NCBI GenBank assembly: GCA_032718475.1
Contig: JAUCBJ010004036.1
Coordinates: forward strand, 1 to 35,321
Source: Nemertoderma westbladi
Lineage: Eukaryota; Animalia; Xenacoelomorpha
Direction: 5' to 3'
Length of the DNA: 35,321 bases
Shown here: piece by piece, positions 33,957-35,321 of the stretch
Layout of the letters: each line of letters opens with the position of its first letter
Numbering within the stretch: position 1 is the stretch's first letter
Notes under the pieces: model-generated
What the model was told of the DNA's origin: nothing
Database searches by the model: none
The model's input: the letters and a program-made list of their open reading frames with translations, nothing else
Translations under genes and position numbers: made by a program

Positions 33957-35321
33957 ATGGCTACACAAATAAATGAATTGGTGAAACTAAAACGCAAACG
34001 CAGTGGGCTGAGATCCACTGTAACAACAATTAGAAACAAATTTAACCCTGATGACACAATAGAGACAAATCGAATTACTTTAGACAGACTCGGACTCCTT
34101 TTACCGCGCCTAGACGCCATAAATGAGGACATTTGGGGACATCTTGACCCAGAAACCCAAGAATTTGAGAATGATGTTGCAGTAGCTGGGGATTATGAGA
34201 CTGCTATTCGCTCATTAATAAAACAGATAGAGCCAATAATAGTACCAGCAAGTGTGAGTGTAAATCTTAATGACAGCAATGCAGCTGCTATGGCAGACCT
34301 ATCATCAGTGGTACAAACTCAACAATCATATTTTGACTCTCGTCTTTTGGCACAACAAGTTTTGCCAAAATTGGCGCCACCTACTTTTGATGGAAATTTG
34401 TTAAATTATGAAGGGTGGAAAAATGCTTTTACAGCTGCTGTGGAAGATTCCAAACTTCCTAACATAATCAAATTCCAGTATTTATTGGAAAGCTTGAAAG
34501 GACCAGCCAAAGCAGTAGTGGCAGGTCTACCAATTAATGAAGGAAATTATTATGTAGCAATGCAGCTATTAACTACCCGCTATGGAGATAAGGAGGCAAT
34601 AATTTCTGCACATATCGAAGAGATAAGGAAAATTGGTCGATCTACAACAAAACTTAGGGATATAAGTGATAAATGTTTGACACATGTAAGAGCATTAGAG
34701 GCTTTGGGAATTTCGCCGGTCGAATATCAACGTGTAGTCATTCCTGATATAACAGCTGGGGTTAGTGATACTATAATGTTGAAATTGCTGGCAGAAAAAC
34801 GCTCAATTACTGATTTAGATTGGCTAATAACAAAATTGCAAAAATTTGCATTGGCTGAGGAATCTCTCAGCTTAATAAGACAAGATTCACAAAGAAGTAA
34901 ATGGTCATCAAGCAAAGAAAAACAAGCGGTACCAACGTATTCAAAACCAATAAATCAGCCAGCTATTGCTTCTCTGGTGGCTCCATCACACTCGAAATCT
35001 GGGAAAACTATTTACAATTCATCCTATAAACAGAATAAAGCAACAAATAGTACCCCAAATTCATCACAACCTCAACCTAGATTACAAAACTCATCATCAT
35101 CAAGCCAACCATTTGTAATAACATGTGTTTATTGTAACCAGAATCATTATTCAGACAATTGCCGAATAGTTCAAGATAATATACTCCGACGAAATTCATT
35201 AGAAGAAAAGGGGCTGTGTAAAATTTGCATTAGGGGAAATCACAAAACATGGGAATGTAGAGCGACATGTAGATGTTACTATTGTAAAGCTACTTCTCAC
35301 CATTCAAGTATTTGTCCTAAT
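33957..35321 (+). CDS. gag: BEL/Pao gag(-pol) polyprotein, N-terminal 455 codons, open to window end
   Basis: Manual translation has no stops: MATQINELVKLKRKRSGLRS...LPKLAPPTFDGNLLNYEGWKNAF...IIKFQYLLESLKGPAKAVV.GLPINEGNY..A..LL..RYG (DUF1759-like), then three Cys/His knuckles CVYCNQNHYSDNC, CKICIRGNHKTWEC, CYYCKATSHHSSIC. Absent from the ORF track because it lacks a stop. Confidence 0.95.
   Translation, partial: MATQINELVKLKRKRSGLRSTVTTIRNKFNPDDTIETNRITLDRLGLLLPRLDAINEDIWGHLDPETQEFENDVAVAGDYETAIRSLIKQIEPIIVPASVSVNLNDSNAAAMADLSSVVQTQQSYFDSRLLAQQVLPKLAPPTFDGNLLNYEGWKNAFTAAVEDSKLPNIIKFQYLLESLKGPAKAVVAGLPINEGNYYVAMQLLTTRYGDKEAIISAHIEEIRKIGRSTTKLRDISDKCLTHVRALEALGISPVEYQRVVIPDITAGVSDTIMLKLLAEKRSITDLDWLITKLQKFALAEESLSLIRQDSQRSKWSSSKEKQAVPTYSKPINQPAIASLVAPSHSKSGKTIYNSSYKQNKATNSTPNSSQPQPRLQNSSSSSQPFVITCVYCNQNHYSDNCRIVQDNILRRNSLEEKGLCKICIRGNHKTWECRATCRCYYCKATSHHSSICPN

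Overview
AT-rich eukaryotic (very likely bilaterian invertebrate) genomic DNA made almost entirely of nested transposable elements and tandem repeats. No host protein-coding gene, rRNA, intact tRNA or CRISPR array can be supported. Left to right: a 68-bp tandem array; an EnSpm-like non-autonomous end truncating a decayed Gypsy pol fragment; a decayed RTE LINE; a decayed R2-type retrotransposon outside rDNA; a G/C-tract MULE-like MITE with an 8-bp TSD; a 2.1-kb 34-bp satellite with a 19-unit higher-order duplication; a young 5'-truncated CR1-group LINE plus a rearranged (twin-priming-like) copy and an older copy; a TIR element with CTCF-like and RFX-like motifs and a nested tRNA-derived SINE; a Tourist MITE; a 4.7-kb Penelope-like (Neptune-type) element with inverted pseudo-LTRs carrying minimal hammerhead ribozyme motifs, a 14-bp TSD, a solo LTR inside the RT and a 98-bp array; an L2 3' fragment; a hydrophobic ORF ending in a 2A-like motif; and the 5' LTR, PBS and open gag ORF of a BEL/Pao element running off the window. 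All calls come from reading the sequence and motif recall, not database searches; decayed boundaries are approximate.
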